NCBI RefSeq assembly: GCF_009914755.1 | Contig: NC_060939.1 | Strand: one strand, 5' to 3' | From: the human T2T-CHM13v2.0 reference genome, Homo sapiens | DNA length: 64,000 nucleotides | In this document: piece by piece, positions 1 to 11,939 of the stretch | Position numbering within the stretch: the stretch's first letter is position 1 | Layout: every line of letters starts with the position of its first letter | The notes under the pieces: generated by a model | Told to the model about the DNA's origin: nothing | What the model saw: the letters and a program-made list of their open reading frames with translations, nothing else | The model's database searches: none | Translations under genes and position numbers: made by a program

Positions 1-800
1 TTTTGTTCATGGATCTACTGCAAGTGAATAAGAGAATACAAATTTGAATCCAGATGTGCTAGCTTTGAAATATATTCTCCTCCAGAGTGTTGATCTTGGC
101 TCACAGATGGAAAGAAAGCTGCAGAACAAATTGTTAAAATCTGGTAATTCAGGCACAAAGACAAAAACCAATTTTAAATTTCTATTCAAAATACCTTAGA
201 TGAAGTAAAGAAGGCAGGAAACATAATATTTCTTAGGATAATCATGTAGCTAGCAAGGGTATGTGGGCTCTTCTTTGATGCCAAGTTGACGTGAATTCTA
301 AACTCTTTACCAAGGGAATCTATTAGGATATTTAGGGAAGCTTTTTCAAAACACTTAAGCTTGGACCCTGTTCCTGAAAATCCTGATTTTCCCACCCAGG
401 AGAAATAATTATGCTGTTGGGCAGTTAACTAGACATTACAGAAAAGACAAAGCTTTCTTTAGTACAGATCAAGGTCCTGATGGAGCTTGAAGGCATAAAG
501 GTGCAATTCCAAATACCTCAACTGCTGTAGATGAAGGGGCAGCATTTGCTCTAGATCCTCATCACAGCATTTCCTGGTATTCTTTCAGGTAGGTGACCAA
601 AGCTCAGCCTGCAGTTCCTCTGACCAGGCTTCCAGCTCAGGTCCTGCCCATAGAGGTGGTCCACCTGATGCAGCTGGCCAACTTCTGTCTCCTACCACAA
701 TAAGCTCTAGTGAACCCCTGAGCCCAGTAGCCTCTTCATCCAAGCAAGCTCTCACCAGCTTGCTTCTGTGACTCACGAAAAGGAGGAAGGAAAGAAATGG
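1..800 (+). pseudogene. Decayed processed pseudogene of a MARK/Par-1 family kinase (MARK2-like): kinase C-lobe, UBA linker and spacer; 5' part lies outside the window
   Basis: Manual translation is collinear with MARK2 as I remember it. Frame 1 at 34-144 reads EYKFESRCASFEIYSPPEC*SWLTDGKKAAEQIVKIW versus [43 protein letters not shown] matches ILNPSKR. LDPVPENPDF (361-390) matches LKPYVEPLPDY. MELEG (480-494) matches SELEG. SDQASSSGPA (619-648) matches SDQAAGPA. There are many stops and frameshifts and no introns. Possibly MARK2P12, not verified. Confidence 0.62.
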
Positions 801-1044
801 CCCACCAAAGAGAGATGGTGATGGAGTCCACTGTTGGGGAAAACAGTCTTATATCTTTCTTTTCATTTTAATCTTCAGTATCTTCTCAGTTAATTATTCT
901 CCATTGAGTCATATCATTGGAGTAGACTTTCATCAATCAAGACATAGTTCATTCATCACTATAATAAACTTTAAGCTTCTTATTTTATGAGTCTCGTTTT
1001 AGCCAGATTACCTTGGTGTAGATTTTAATCAATGAAGATAAAGC

Positions 1045-1280
1045 TTATTCATTCTTTGGGAAAAAATGTTTGAGAACTTAAAATGTGCCTGACATGGTTC
1101 TTGGTGCTGGCCATACGCAGCTGAACAAGACAGATGATATTCTGTACTTATGGAGCTTGCCCAGTGGTGAGCAAGGCAGAGTGAGAGTAATTTATTTCAA
1201 GTACTACAAACACCAAGGAAAGGAACTGCAGGATGCTTGTGCAGCAGAAAGAGCTGAGGGGTCAGGGAAAGCTCTGTGGA
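1045..1280 (-). mobile_element. L2 LINE 3' fragment
   Basis: Degenerate antisense L2 end: attcatt...atgtgcctgacatggttcttggtgctgg...gaacaagacag...atggagctt. Confidence 0.65.
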
Positions 1281-1663
1281 AGGAGTGTTTAAACAAATGG
1301 AGAAACCACCTTCTTCTCATTTTCTTAACCTGTTCACTAATAAGCTGCACAGCTCATAGCATGAACCTGTAACAAAGGCAGCATGGTTCTTGTGGTGATC
1401 CTGTATGTACTGACTATAATAGACAGATATTTAGAGATAGAAATAGATGAGAAACTAAACAGGCGTATAAGGTTCTGGCCTCATTACCTCAAGCCAACAA
1501 AGTAATACTAATGTCAGAATATTTTAGCTTAAGTAGAGTAAATCATTGGGATTTACTTTAATAATTGCAATATAACAAAGTATGCATTGTTGGCTGCCTT
1601 TAGATAATTTAGTTCTTGCGTTTTCCTTCCCTGCCTCTGTATCTCTTTTCCCTCCCTTTGCAG

Positions 1664-1830
1664 CAGTGTTTCTTTTAGGAATGGTCTTCAGACCTGCCTC
1701 AGATTCCAGTTGGGTGGATGCTAAAAATGTTGTTTCTTAGCCTCTACCACAGACTTACCAAATATATTTAGGGTTGGAACTATCTGTGTTTTTTAACAAG
1801 ATCTTTCCTGCACACTAAAGTTTGAGAAAC
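1664..1830. mobile_element. MER5A-type hAT-Charlie MITE
   Basis: cagtgtttct... and ...tgcacactaaagtttgagaaac termini typical of MER5. Confidence 0.65.
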
Positions 1831-2584
1831 AGAACTTGATAGTCATATCTTTCTACTGTTGCCTCATTAACATAGTCATCATCTCCTCAACTGGCTGATA
1901 AAGATGCTATCTAAGAACTGCACACCGCCTTTGTGATCAGCTTCCTGCCTCCAGGCTGCACACTTGGTAAGGTGACAGATTAAAACCGTGCTAAACTGCT
2001 CATGCTGTACTGCCTCTATTTATAATGAGCATCTATATTTATAATGGCACCTTTACTGATCGTATATTTACCTCCTCTCTCTCCCACCTGGGGATCCATC
2101 TCTCACATAAAACATGCACAGTCTCTTGTTAGGCTTTTCATTTTATATTCTGCTTTTCCCATTTTGCTCTTCTTTTTTTCTCTCTTGGTCTTGCCTAGGA
2201 CTGAGCATGTATATGTTTGCATGTGAATACAGAAATGGGTGTCATCTCTGTATGTATGTATTTCTAAGTGTGTAGACATGATGGAGGTGACCCATAGGTA
2301 ACCAAGCCCTCTGTTTTCTTTCTGCCTTGGGTAAGGCATTCACAGACATGCACTATCTCCTAGAAGGGATCATTAAATAGGTCAGACCTTCTATGGAGTT
2401 GGTGAACAGTGGTGATAGTGATGAGTCACTGATGGATGGGAGAGGCTATCATGGCTGAGGAGGCAGGCACTAAAAGGGCATCTCTGCTTCCATATTTTCC
2501 ATGTTCTAAACTTGGCTGAGGAGCTTGTCAGGGCGTGCAGAGGTGAGGGAGCCATAGTTCATGGTGTTAATATCCCAATCACCA

Positions 2585-2900
2585 CTCATTAATTCAGCCA
2601 ACATTTATTGAGTCCCTACTATATATCAGAATCCGTGGACTCACACAGGTAAGTAAGACATAGTCCCTGTTTTCCAGAAGTATTGTTTGAGAGTGAACTC
2701 CACACGCAAGCAATGAATTCTCAAGAAAGAATGTTGTGGGATCTCAGAGGTAGCCATGATTTTTTGGAAAGATCAGGGACGGCTTCTCTGAGGAAATGAC
2801 TTTCAAGTGGGCTTTGATGAGTATGTTGTAAAGTTCCAGGTAGACAAGAGTGTGAGAGTCGCTGCTTATAGGACATGAGGTATGGACACCTACAGAGGTA
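2585..2900 (-). mobile_element. L2 LINE 3' fragment
   Basis: caacatttattgagtccctacta...aagacatagtccctg...ggcttctctgaggaaatgac. Confidence 0.7.
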
Positions 2901-3329
2901 ATGTTCATCAAGAATGCATACCTGCTTATGGATATGAAAGGATGAGACACTATGCTGGAAGTGAGTCTCCTCCTCCATTTGACACAGTCTTGTTTGTGTT
3001 GCCCTATTTCAGTCTTTAGCTGTGACAAAAGCATCAAGGTCACAGTAGTACAGGACATGAGTTTAATTTCTGATTCTGTCACGAATCTCACTGGCAAATT
3101 CTACTTGCATTTAATTTCACAGTATACTCTACCACATCTCAGGCCACAGTGAAAAAGGGTCACCATAGGAAAATCTGGATAAATGTTACCTCAATAGTCC
3201 AAACCTTGGGCAGCCCATATTATTTGGTTAAATTTTCTTGAGTTAACACCTATGAACATTGCCCTGATCAACGATCATATATTTGTGTGTGTGTGCCTCA
3301 AAAGGGCAGGCTTTAAGGAAATAATAGAT

Positions 3330-3750
3330 ATATATGCAAAGATATATATGGAAGTAGATTCAGCATTATTTAGAATAGTGAAAAATCAGAAACTAATAAA
3401 TTATGAACAGCTTACTTAAGTAAATATTGTATATTCATATGATAGAATGGGATGCAATAAATATATTTTTAGTCTTAATTATATAGGGAAATGTTAACAG
3501 TATATCTTGGGAAAAACATGTATAGTGTTATGTGCCTATAAAATATATACAGTGTTATATCATTTTTTCAAACAAAGCATAGACATATGCATAAACATGT
3601 GGGTGTGGAGACAGAATTATTTAAAGAAATGCAACAAAACAAAATAACAGTATCTTTGGATGGTGTAATTACAAGTGGTTTTTATTATCCTCTTTATACT
3701 TTTCTACATTGTCAAAAATTTCTTTAATGCAAATACAGTTTGCAAATAAA
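3330..3750 (+). mobile_element. Old L1M (L1ME/MC-like) 3' fragment
   Basis: cagcattatttagaatagtgaaaaatcagaaac...gtatctttggatggtgtaattacaagtggttttta. Confidence 0.55.
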
Positions 3751-3759
3751 AAGACTGAG

Positions 3760-4780
3760 GGGTAAATATAAACAGAAGCCAAAAATAGATCTGTGGTAAA
3801 CATTTCTGTCCCTTGCCATTATGAGAAGAGACAGCATAGAAAAACATGCAAACAGCCAATAACCTATGTTTGTAGTTACTTAGTGTGTTTACAGTTCTCG
3901 TATTGCATCAGCAGAAACCTAATGGAGTGATGGCTGAGTCATTTACATGGTCTTGGAATGAAGAGCTCAGTAAAACAGTCCTGCCTGTTTCCTAAAACCA
4001 TGTACAAGTTTGGCACAAAACTCACCTCTCTTTGTCTCTTTATTATTATTCTTCCAATGTGTTAGGGTTTGGAATGAGAAGTGCTGAGTCTGTTTCTAAT
4101 TAGTTTACTTATCTGAAGAATGAGCGTAAATGGCATTAATGCACCTAACAAGACATCTTTGGTAATTCTACTTTTCCTTAACTAATAGCACTACAGCATG
4201 CGGCAGTGCCAACAAACACTGCCCGCTTGTTTACATAATAACTGAGCTTGAATTGGTTTGTGCATATTTATGTGACCTTGAGTGGAGATCAGAAAATGCT
4301 TGCACAATTGAAGAAATACTCAGGTTTCCACTCTAGCCTTGCACATGTCGGCCAAGGCAGGCTGCTGAAATGTTGAGTCTGAACAGTGAGTCCGTGAAAG
4401 AAAGGGTTCCTGTCCCTGACAGCTTATCTTTAAGTTCAAGGTTTTCACCTAATTGTCTGTTGGTGTTGTTGCTCTGGTTATACATAACCAGAAGGAACTT
4501 GGGAACATGTCCCTAGGTGGCACAAAACGGGGGAGATGACAGTTTTTCTTTTACCATGCAAGCTGTGTTTCCCCACTTTGGGATGTAACTCAAGATGATT
4601 TTCTAAGTCCACTTAAGCTTTAAATCAAAAACAACACTTCACTCTGGAATCTAGCTGTGGCTGTGGGATCATTTTTTCTTAAGGAGTGATATGGGTGAGA
4701 GAGGCATGCCTGGCCGTGATCTTAAGAGCCTTATCTGCCAGATTAGCCTTTAGGGCTGTTCACAAGATAATCATGCTTTT
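3760..4780. promoter_or_regulatory. Candidate epithelial enhancer (motif cluster in repeat-free DNA)
   Basis: FOX TGTTTAC at 3886 and 4228; C/EBP-ATF AARE ATTGCATCA at 3902; AP-1 TGAGTCA at 3935; TEAD GGAATG at 3955; ERR/NR5A TGACCTTG at 4273; p53/p63 half-sites GAACATGTCC at 4503 and AGGCATGCCT at 4702; GATA at about 4424, 4731 and 4765. Confidence 0.5.
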
Positions 4781-5611
4781 TGAATAAAGGATTGTGATGG
4801 CAGATTAAGACCCTAAATGGGAGGGTCCTGAATCACAGAACAGATCTGCATATGTGCACAATATAGTGCCCTAAACATAGGCACCATTCAGCCACAGGCG
4901 CAAGTAGACAGTCATTTATCTAGTGTTACCACCCCCAACAACTAGTGCCCATCTATGGAGCTGGAAAGACAAAAAACAGAGAAAGTCACAGCTCAACAGA
5001 ATCAAACAAGAACTTATTGTAACCTAAGATAATTAGATAATAGTAAGATAAGAACTTGTTACATGGAAGCTGTCACTTTCATCGTTGTGTATTGTTTTTA
5101 CTGGGAGGAATTTGTGAGCGAGGTGAAAGAGTGAGTTTGGCCACCTTTGATTATTCTTTATGACTCTTAAATTTCACGATTTAAAATGACCTCTGTTCAA
5201 ATCTACAGTGCTTATTCTGGCTAGATAAGTCATGATTAACAGATTACAATTTAATGAGTGAATATTTGTTGTTTGTAATAGTGCACATTGTTGTGAAGTG
5301 TATATCATAATGTAAAATAGAATAATTGATCAAAACCTAAAGAAAAATGGGTTAAAAACTTGAAGAAAAATTGTATGGACCATAAATGATGTAAGTTGAG
5401 GCATGCTAACATAGTTCCCCTTTAGTGAACATAGCTGTGTAGTTCAGATCAAAAGGCCATACAAAACACCCCACTGTCCATTTTGTAAGGGCTTATTTGA
5501 GTATCTAGATGACAATAATGTCATTAGTCCCAGACCCAGAAGTACCACCTAGAATTTGATGGCAGGTATCAACATGTAATGGGATATTGGGAAGTGAATT
5601 TGATGGCATAC

Positions 5612-5784
5612 ATCATTCACTCAGTCAGTCAGCAAAGATTGATTTAGTACCTCCTCTTGCCAGGCACTATTCTAGTTGCTGGAGACCATCAGGAAACAAA
5701 ACAGACAAAACCCTTAATATCATGGACATTACATTTTAACTGGGGGAAGGCAAACAATAAATAAGTAAACATATCCATGTGTGC
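5612..5784 (-). mobile_element. L2 3' end, first piece (interrupted by the provirus)
   Basis: cattcactcagtcagtcagcaaa...tgccaggcactattctagttgctggaga...aaacaaaacagacaaaaccc; continues after 11551. Confidence 0.75.
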
Positions 5785-6643
5785 TGAGGTGTTATGATAG
5801 GTATATTGATTTTCATCCACAGTTCCTGGCTTACAACTCCCGTAGTCCTTGTTATAATGTTGTGGTATGCGGGAAACATAATCTCTCTCTGACCTTTTCC
5901 TGTCCTCCTTTCACCTGCCGAAGGCAATCTAATCTGATTGTGGGTCAAAAAACCCTCATTCCAGAGATATTTCTGCTGCATACTCTAGAGGAAGGAATGC
6001 TAACCAGAGAGGCCAAGAAAGATCTGAACAGTTAGGTCTTGTTGGGTTAAATCATGCACTTTTTATTTTATCACATTTCTACGTGGTTGTCAATTTGCCT
6101 GTGTAATAAATTCTCCATAAAATGACGAGAGTACTGGATTTGCAGAGCTTCCAGATAGCTGAACATGTGGAGGTTCCTGGAGGGTGGTGCACCCAGGGAG
6201 GGCATGGAAACTCCACGCCCCTTCCCACATAGATTGCCCTACACATCTCTTCATCTGTATCCTTTGTAAAATCCTTTATATTAAACCACTAAATGTGTTT
6301 CCCTGAGTTCTGTGAGCCACTCCAGCAAATTAATCAAACCCAAAGTGGGGTTTATGGGAACCCCCATTTAAAGCCTGTCAGTCAGAATTTCTGGGGCCCA
6401 GACTTATGACTAGTGTCTGGGAGGAGGGAGAACAGTCTTAAGGACTGAGCCCTCAACCCATGGGATCTGACACTGTCTCCAGGTAGATAGTGTCAGATTG
6501 AATTCAAGGACACCTGGCTATTGTCTACTGCTTAGTATTTGGGAAAATCCTCCACACATTTGGTCACAGAAGTCTTCTGTGTTGATTACTGTTATTTTGT
6601 TGTGAGAACACAGGAGAAACATGGTTTGAGTTTTTCCTACACA
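5785..6643 (+). mobile_element. 5' LTR, MER21A-type
   Basis: TG...CA termini; homologous to 10747-11551; MER21 block gatagctgaacaYgtggaggttcctggagggtgg; followed directly by a PBS. Confidence 0.85.
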
Positions 6644-6645
6644 AT

Positions 6646-6663
6646 TGGTGTCAAAAGTGGGAT
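6646..6663 (+). other. Primer binding site, tRNA-Leu type
   Basis: tggtgtcaaaagtgggat is a 17/18 match to TGGTGTCAGAAGTGGGAT, 2 bp after the LTR end. Confidence 0.8.
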
Positions 6664-9600
6664 TTGCTAGAAGGGCCCTGGCCCACAGAAACATGTGGTT
6701 TGGAAAGAAAAAGGATGAAAGAATGGAGGATGAGGAATTTAATTGCTGGGTGGCTACCTGGTCACCCATGGTACAAAACTGTAGTTACACTCCATTCCAT
6801 TACTAAAGGTAAAAGTTACCAGTGGAATTAAGGGATGATGGTAGTCTCAATTCTTAAGGAATTGCCTTATTGGATATGCAAGAGAATTCAAAATAATAAG
6901 AACCATGCTAAATACACTATCCCTTGGTTATTGCTATCTGTAATAGGTAAAATGAAAGTAAAAGAGACTTCCGAGTCAGGCCTTGAGGCTGTACTAAGGT
7001 CAGATGTGTGTCTCTCTGAGCTCAGGCCTCTAGCCTGAAATCTACCCACAAAGGCGAAAATTATGTCAAGGCAACAGAAAGTACCTCAAAGACCTTTTTT
7101 TTGGTCACCAAGAAGTTAGTCAGTATGGGGGAAGGGCAAAACCAAGAAACTATTGAAACTAGAGGGTATAGTGTAAAGGAATTATCTCGTTTTGTGGATG
7201 GGTATCATAAACTCCCTGAGGAACCTGTTTTAAAATAGACTGTGAGAGTAACTAATTTAAGAGCAATGTCTTTGGTTTTAAATGCTGCAGAGAAGAACAT
7301 GTTTGGGTTGATGCAGAATCCACATCTGTGAACAATCACAGATGGATATATATGATCCAGATACAAAAGAGTTTGTTCCCAAGGAAGCAGCCAGTGTAGT
7401 GAACTGAATAAAAGCCACTGTAAAGTCAGTTTACAGTGAGAGGAGGGACTGCCCAACTCTCCCTATAAATGCCAAGTGGAGCACCTCAGATGAAGCAGCT
7501 GATATGCTTCCTATGCAAGCCATGTTGGACTGGCCTTATGATGACTAGGATATTTGCCCCCTGAATATGTCTGTTACCCAGATTATGGTAAATTCTGTGA
7601 TTAAGGAAGTGCCTTCTACATGGGTGCCCCACACGATGTTATTCCTGCAGAAATGAACAACAGTTCAAGAAGCCTTACCTGATTTGTGGTCTCAACTTCC
7701 ACATATGGGTCTCACTGATACTAAGGACAGTAAAGGGATTAAAAATAAAATAGGAAGAGAAAAAGGGGAGAGTCATAGGACTCATCCAAGCAGGGTAGAA
7801 ATATTTAACTGGTTAGTAAGAAATGGCATGAATAAAATGGAAATTGATGGGGTTAAGACGGAGCTCTTACTACAACACTGTGGAAGGTCAAGTGGACCGG
7901 ATGGAGCCTGTGATGTTCCCCCAGCATAAAAGGGCCTTGAACCAGTTTGCCATATTCCCTCCAGTATGGAGAAACTTAAAAAGTCAGAAGGCAGAGATTA
8001 CAAAGAGAAATCTGATCTGACATTGCCTGAGGCATATTAATCAAAATACAGATTGGCAAAAGGGCTAGTGTCCTTCGGCTCAACCCCTGGCTGGGCACCT
8101 AAAGCTTTTTGCACAAGAAAGAGAAGTTCCTGGAACTGGAACAGAAAAATGTAAAGGTTTATGTGATTATGAAGTTGGTATATTTCAGCATGGTTTGTGT
8201 GAAGTGGTTGTGTCTCTTTTACCTGATTGTGTCGTGGGAATGGACATGGTAACTGATTGGGGGATGTTTCCCCTACCTAACACTGTAAAACAGAAGGCCT
8301 GTAAACCTGTCCTTCAGGCAATTGGATATGCTAACTGGGAATCTCGGGAAGATTGCCCAAGTCCACATAGTGCAGAGTAGAAGCTGGAGTGCTGGTAGGG
8401 ACAAATTCTCCACTTGATAATTATCTGTGGAGCTGTTACTGGGGCTCATGGCAAAAGCCTGTGAGCACCTCCCAGCAACAACTACTGGGACTTTGGACTG
8501 GAGAATTTTCACTAGAGGTGCATTTACTACCTTGTTATTGGACATTAACTGAAGCTACCCCTATGATCGAAGGACACTGAAACTTGAAATACCCACGATG
8601 CTTTGGGTGATAGCAGAGAAATGCTCTAATAGGGACGGCAGTGTCCAGAAGTGTTTTGTAATACAATGGAAATGGTTTATACAGGAGTGTGCTACCTGGA
8701 GGATGGAAGGAGGAGATATTTACAGGCAAGGAGACTCTTTACCCCTAGAACTGACTCTGAAACAGTGTGGGGTGCTGTTGAATTCTATAGACATTTGGAC
8801 AGTGCACCATGACCATCTCTCCACTGGAGCTGCTTGGTTTACTGACAGCAGTTTCAAAGTGAATGGACAACATCCTGCTTGGAAGGCTGCTACTTTGTCC
8901 AAAGTAGGTAAAAACAGATCAGCTCAGTGGGTTGGACTGCATCCTGTTTTCCTAACAGTAATGGAAGAGTTTAACAGTGGTGGAAGTCCCTGTGTTTGGG
9001 TTTTTACTGACTCAAGGGCAGTGACCAATGGCCTGGCCATACACTCAGGCAACAGGGTGATGGAAATCTGGCCTATTTAAAGGAAGTTTGAGGGGTGCAT
9101 CAAGGTAGAGCAAGTAAATGCCCATAAGAAGAACCCTAGTCCAGTTTTGGAAAGTGACTGGAATCAGCAAGCAGATATCCCCATGTGCTCTCTTAAGGCA
9201 ATCACCTGGGTCCATGAAATCAGTGGATATGGGATATGGGAGTATTGCAGCAGTGCAGAGATGGGTTGAATCTAGACATGTTACTCTTGCACCCTCAGGC
9301 ACAAAATGCCAATAAAAACGGTTTTGTTTATCAGCAAAAAAGAGAACGTTGATGGCCATGGGGCAGATTCCCTGGTGGAAAGGCCCTGATTATAGCTGGC
9401 AAGGAAAAACTGATGCTGATAACCCTGAGGGCTACAAATGGGTCTTGACAGGAATAGGCACTTTCTCTGAAGTGGGCTTTGCTTACCCAATGGAAGATGA
9501 AAATGCTCAGAGGGCTATTTAAAAAAAACAGAATATATTGCATGGATTTGGATGGCCGATCATCATTTCTTCAGACCAAAGAAAACACCATACCACCCAT

Positions 9601-10401
9601 AATTTCCAACAATGGGCAGAGAGATATGCTCCTTAGAGTAATAGTTTGATAGAGAAGTAAACAAGCAATGGAAGCGTCAGTTGTCTGAAACAGGGAGAGA
9701 TGAAAGCATGAAGGCTGGCTTACATGCCTTCATGAGTGTGCTCACACTCAGCGTGGGGAGGACTCAAGGAGTGTCCCACTAGATTTTTCTCTGTCTTTAT
9801 GGTTGATCTGGGGAAAGAGACTGGGGAGGATGCTGCTAAGACTATGCAGTGCTTGCCAAGGGAGGAGTATAATGATATAATGACTATATATATTTTTCTT
9901 TATTCCCCAAATCACCTCAACAATTTTTTCCTTCCCCCAGAACTCCTAAGGACCTGATGGAGGTCGGTTTTGCCTTTACCCCATCTAGAAAAACTGAGAC
10001 TAAGAGTGAATGCAGCTATATTGCCTGCAGGCAAAAATAGCTCACTAGTTCTGCACTTTTGTAACCTTACGCTATCTGAATGGAAATGGACTGAGGAGAA
10101 GGCACTTGCTAGAGTAGCGGTGCTGCCTACAATCTAGACTGACACAGTAGCAATTAAAATGTCCCTTCCAAAGGGGAAAAAGTTTGGGTGTTAACGGAGA
10201 GAAGGAGAACTAGTAGCTGAGAGTAAAGAGATGAATAAATGGGTTATTAATTTAGGAAACCCAATATTAACACCTTGAAAGAGGTTCAGACCACTGTTTG
10301 GTATACTTGTCTCTTAACTCAAGTATTCCAAATACCTGAAAGAGTGAAGTTATATGTTTGCTGAGACCACTTCTGTTTTTGGATGCTGCCAAGATTGAAG
10401 G

Positions 10402-10570
10402 GGATAAATGCTTGAGGGGATGGATACTCCATTCTCCAGGATGTGCTTATTTCACATTACATGCCTGTATCAAAACATCTCATGTACCTCATAAATGTAT
10501 ACACCTACTATGTACCCACAAAAATTTTAAAAATTAAATTAGAAAAAAATTATGGGAAAGTTAAAAAAGA
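10402..10570 (+). mobile_element. Short L1MA2/3-like 3' end inserted in the provirus
   Basis: gataaatgcttgaggggatggatac...cacctactatgtacccacaaaa plus A tail; TSD AAGATTGAAGG at 10391-10401 and 10571-10581. Confidence 0.85.
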
Positions 10571-10746
10571 AAGATTGAAGGTAGGCCTGCAAACCTGAGT
10601 AGCCTCACCCTGGGAGACATTAATACAATATAATGGACTGGACTAGTTATTAATGACTGAATGAGGTTCTAGTAATGTGGCAGCATCTTTTGAGTTGTAT
10701 ATTCTTTTGATGTAGGGGATCCATGTTCAAAAACCAAGGGGCAGCC

Positions 10747-11551
10747 TGTGATGTTATGATAGATATATTGGTTTTTAATCCACTGTTTCTGGGGCACTTT
10801 AGGCCTTAGGAATAGAATCTCTCTCTGTGACCTTCTCCTGTCGTCCTTTCATCTGTCCAAGGCAGGATTCTAATCTGATTGTAGGCTAAAATACCCTTAT
10901 CTCAGAGACATTCCTGCACCATACCATAGAGGAAGGAATGCTACATAGAAAGGACAAGAAAAATCTGAACAGACAGACTTTGCTGGGTTTAGATCATGTA
11001 CTTTTTGTCCAATCACATTGCTACATGGTTTTCAATCATGCCTATGTAATGCAGCCTTCATAAAAACTCAAGAGGACTGGGTTTGGAGAGCTGCTGGATA
11101 GCTGAACACGTGGAGGTTCCTGGAAGGCGGCACACCCAGAGAGAGCATGGTAGCTCCATGCTGCTTCCCCCATACCTCACCCTACACATCTCTTCATCTG
11201 TATCCTTTATAATAATCCACTAAATGTAAGTGTTTCCTTAAGTTCTTTGAGCTGCTCCAGCTAATGGGGTCATGGGAAGCCCAGCTTGAAGCCAGTTACT
11301 CAGAAGTTCCAGGGGCCCAGACTTGTGACTGGTATCTGGTGGGGAGGGGTCTTGGGGACCTCTTGGCCTTCAACCCATGGGATGTGACACCATCTCCAGG
11401 TAGTGTTGGAATTGAATTCGAAGATACCCACTTGGTGTAGAGGGGAAGCCTCTGCACATCTGGTCACAGCAGTATTCTTCTGTGTTGATGATCGTTGTTG
11501 TGGTGTGAGAGCAGAGAAGAAACATGGTTTGAAAGAGTTTTTCCTGACACA
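10747..11551 (+). mobile_element. 3' LTR, MER21A-type
   Basis: tgtgatgttatgata...ttcctgacaca; direct repeat of the 5' LTR; possible decayed 5-bp TSD tgtgc/tatac. Confidence 0.85.
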
Positions 11552-11592
11552 TATACTATGCCAGATGTTGAAAATGCTATAAAGAAAAATTG

Positions 11593-11935
11593 GGCCGGGT
11601 GCAATGGCTCAAGCCTGTAATCCCAGCACTTTGGGAGGCAAGGCAGTCCAGCCCAGGAATTAGAGACCAGAATGGGCAACATGATGAAACCCCGTCTTCA
11701 TTAAAAATACAAAAATTAGCCGGGTGTGGTGTCACATGCCTGTAGTCCCAGCTGCTGGAGAGGCTGAGGTGGGAGAATCATTTGAACCTAGGAGGTGGAG
11801 GTTGTAGTGAGCTATCATGCCAATGAACTCCAACTTGGGCGACAGAGTGAGACCCTGTCTCCAAAAAAAGAAAGAAAGAAGGAAAGAGAGAGAGAAAGAA
11901 AAAGAGAAAGAGAGAGGAAGAAAACAACAAAAAAA
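11593..11935 (+). mobile_element. AluJ with GA-rich tail
   Basis: Alu dimer with J-type agcccagga and gagaccctgtctc; A-rich TSD-like aagaaaa(a)tt on both sides. Confidence 0.9.
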
Positions 11936-11939
11936 GAAA

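Larger units (their letters stand above)
6644..10746 (+). mobile_element. Decayed class III (ERV-L-related) internal region: gag, protease, RNase H, integrase and dUTPase remnants
   Basis: Protease-like VVVSLLPDCVVGMDM at about 8204. RNase H motifs WFTDSS, SAQWVGL and VFTDSRAVTNGL in ORF 8598-9080. Integrase-like YKWVLTGIGTFS and FGWPIIISSDQ at about 9430-9580. dUTPase-like peptide at 10006-10128. Purine-rich tract before the 3' LTR. Confidence 0.82.

Noticed and set aside
7-776. Three minus-strand ORFs at the window start
   Set aside because: They are antisense shadows of the + strand pseudogene with no recognisable homology
8598-9080. 160-aa RNase H-like ORF as a domesticated gene
   Set aside because: It is a fragment of decayed pol, flanked by stops and frameshifts, with Gly at the conserved Glu position
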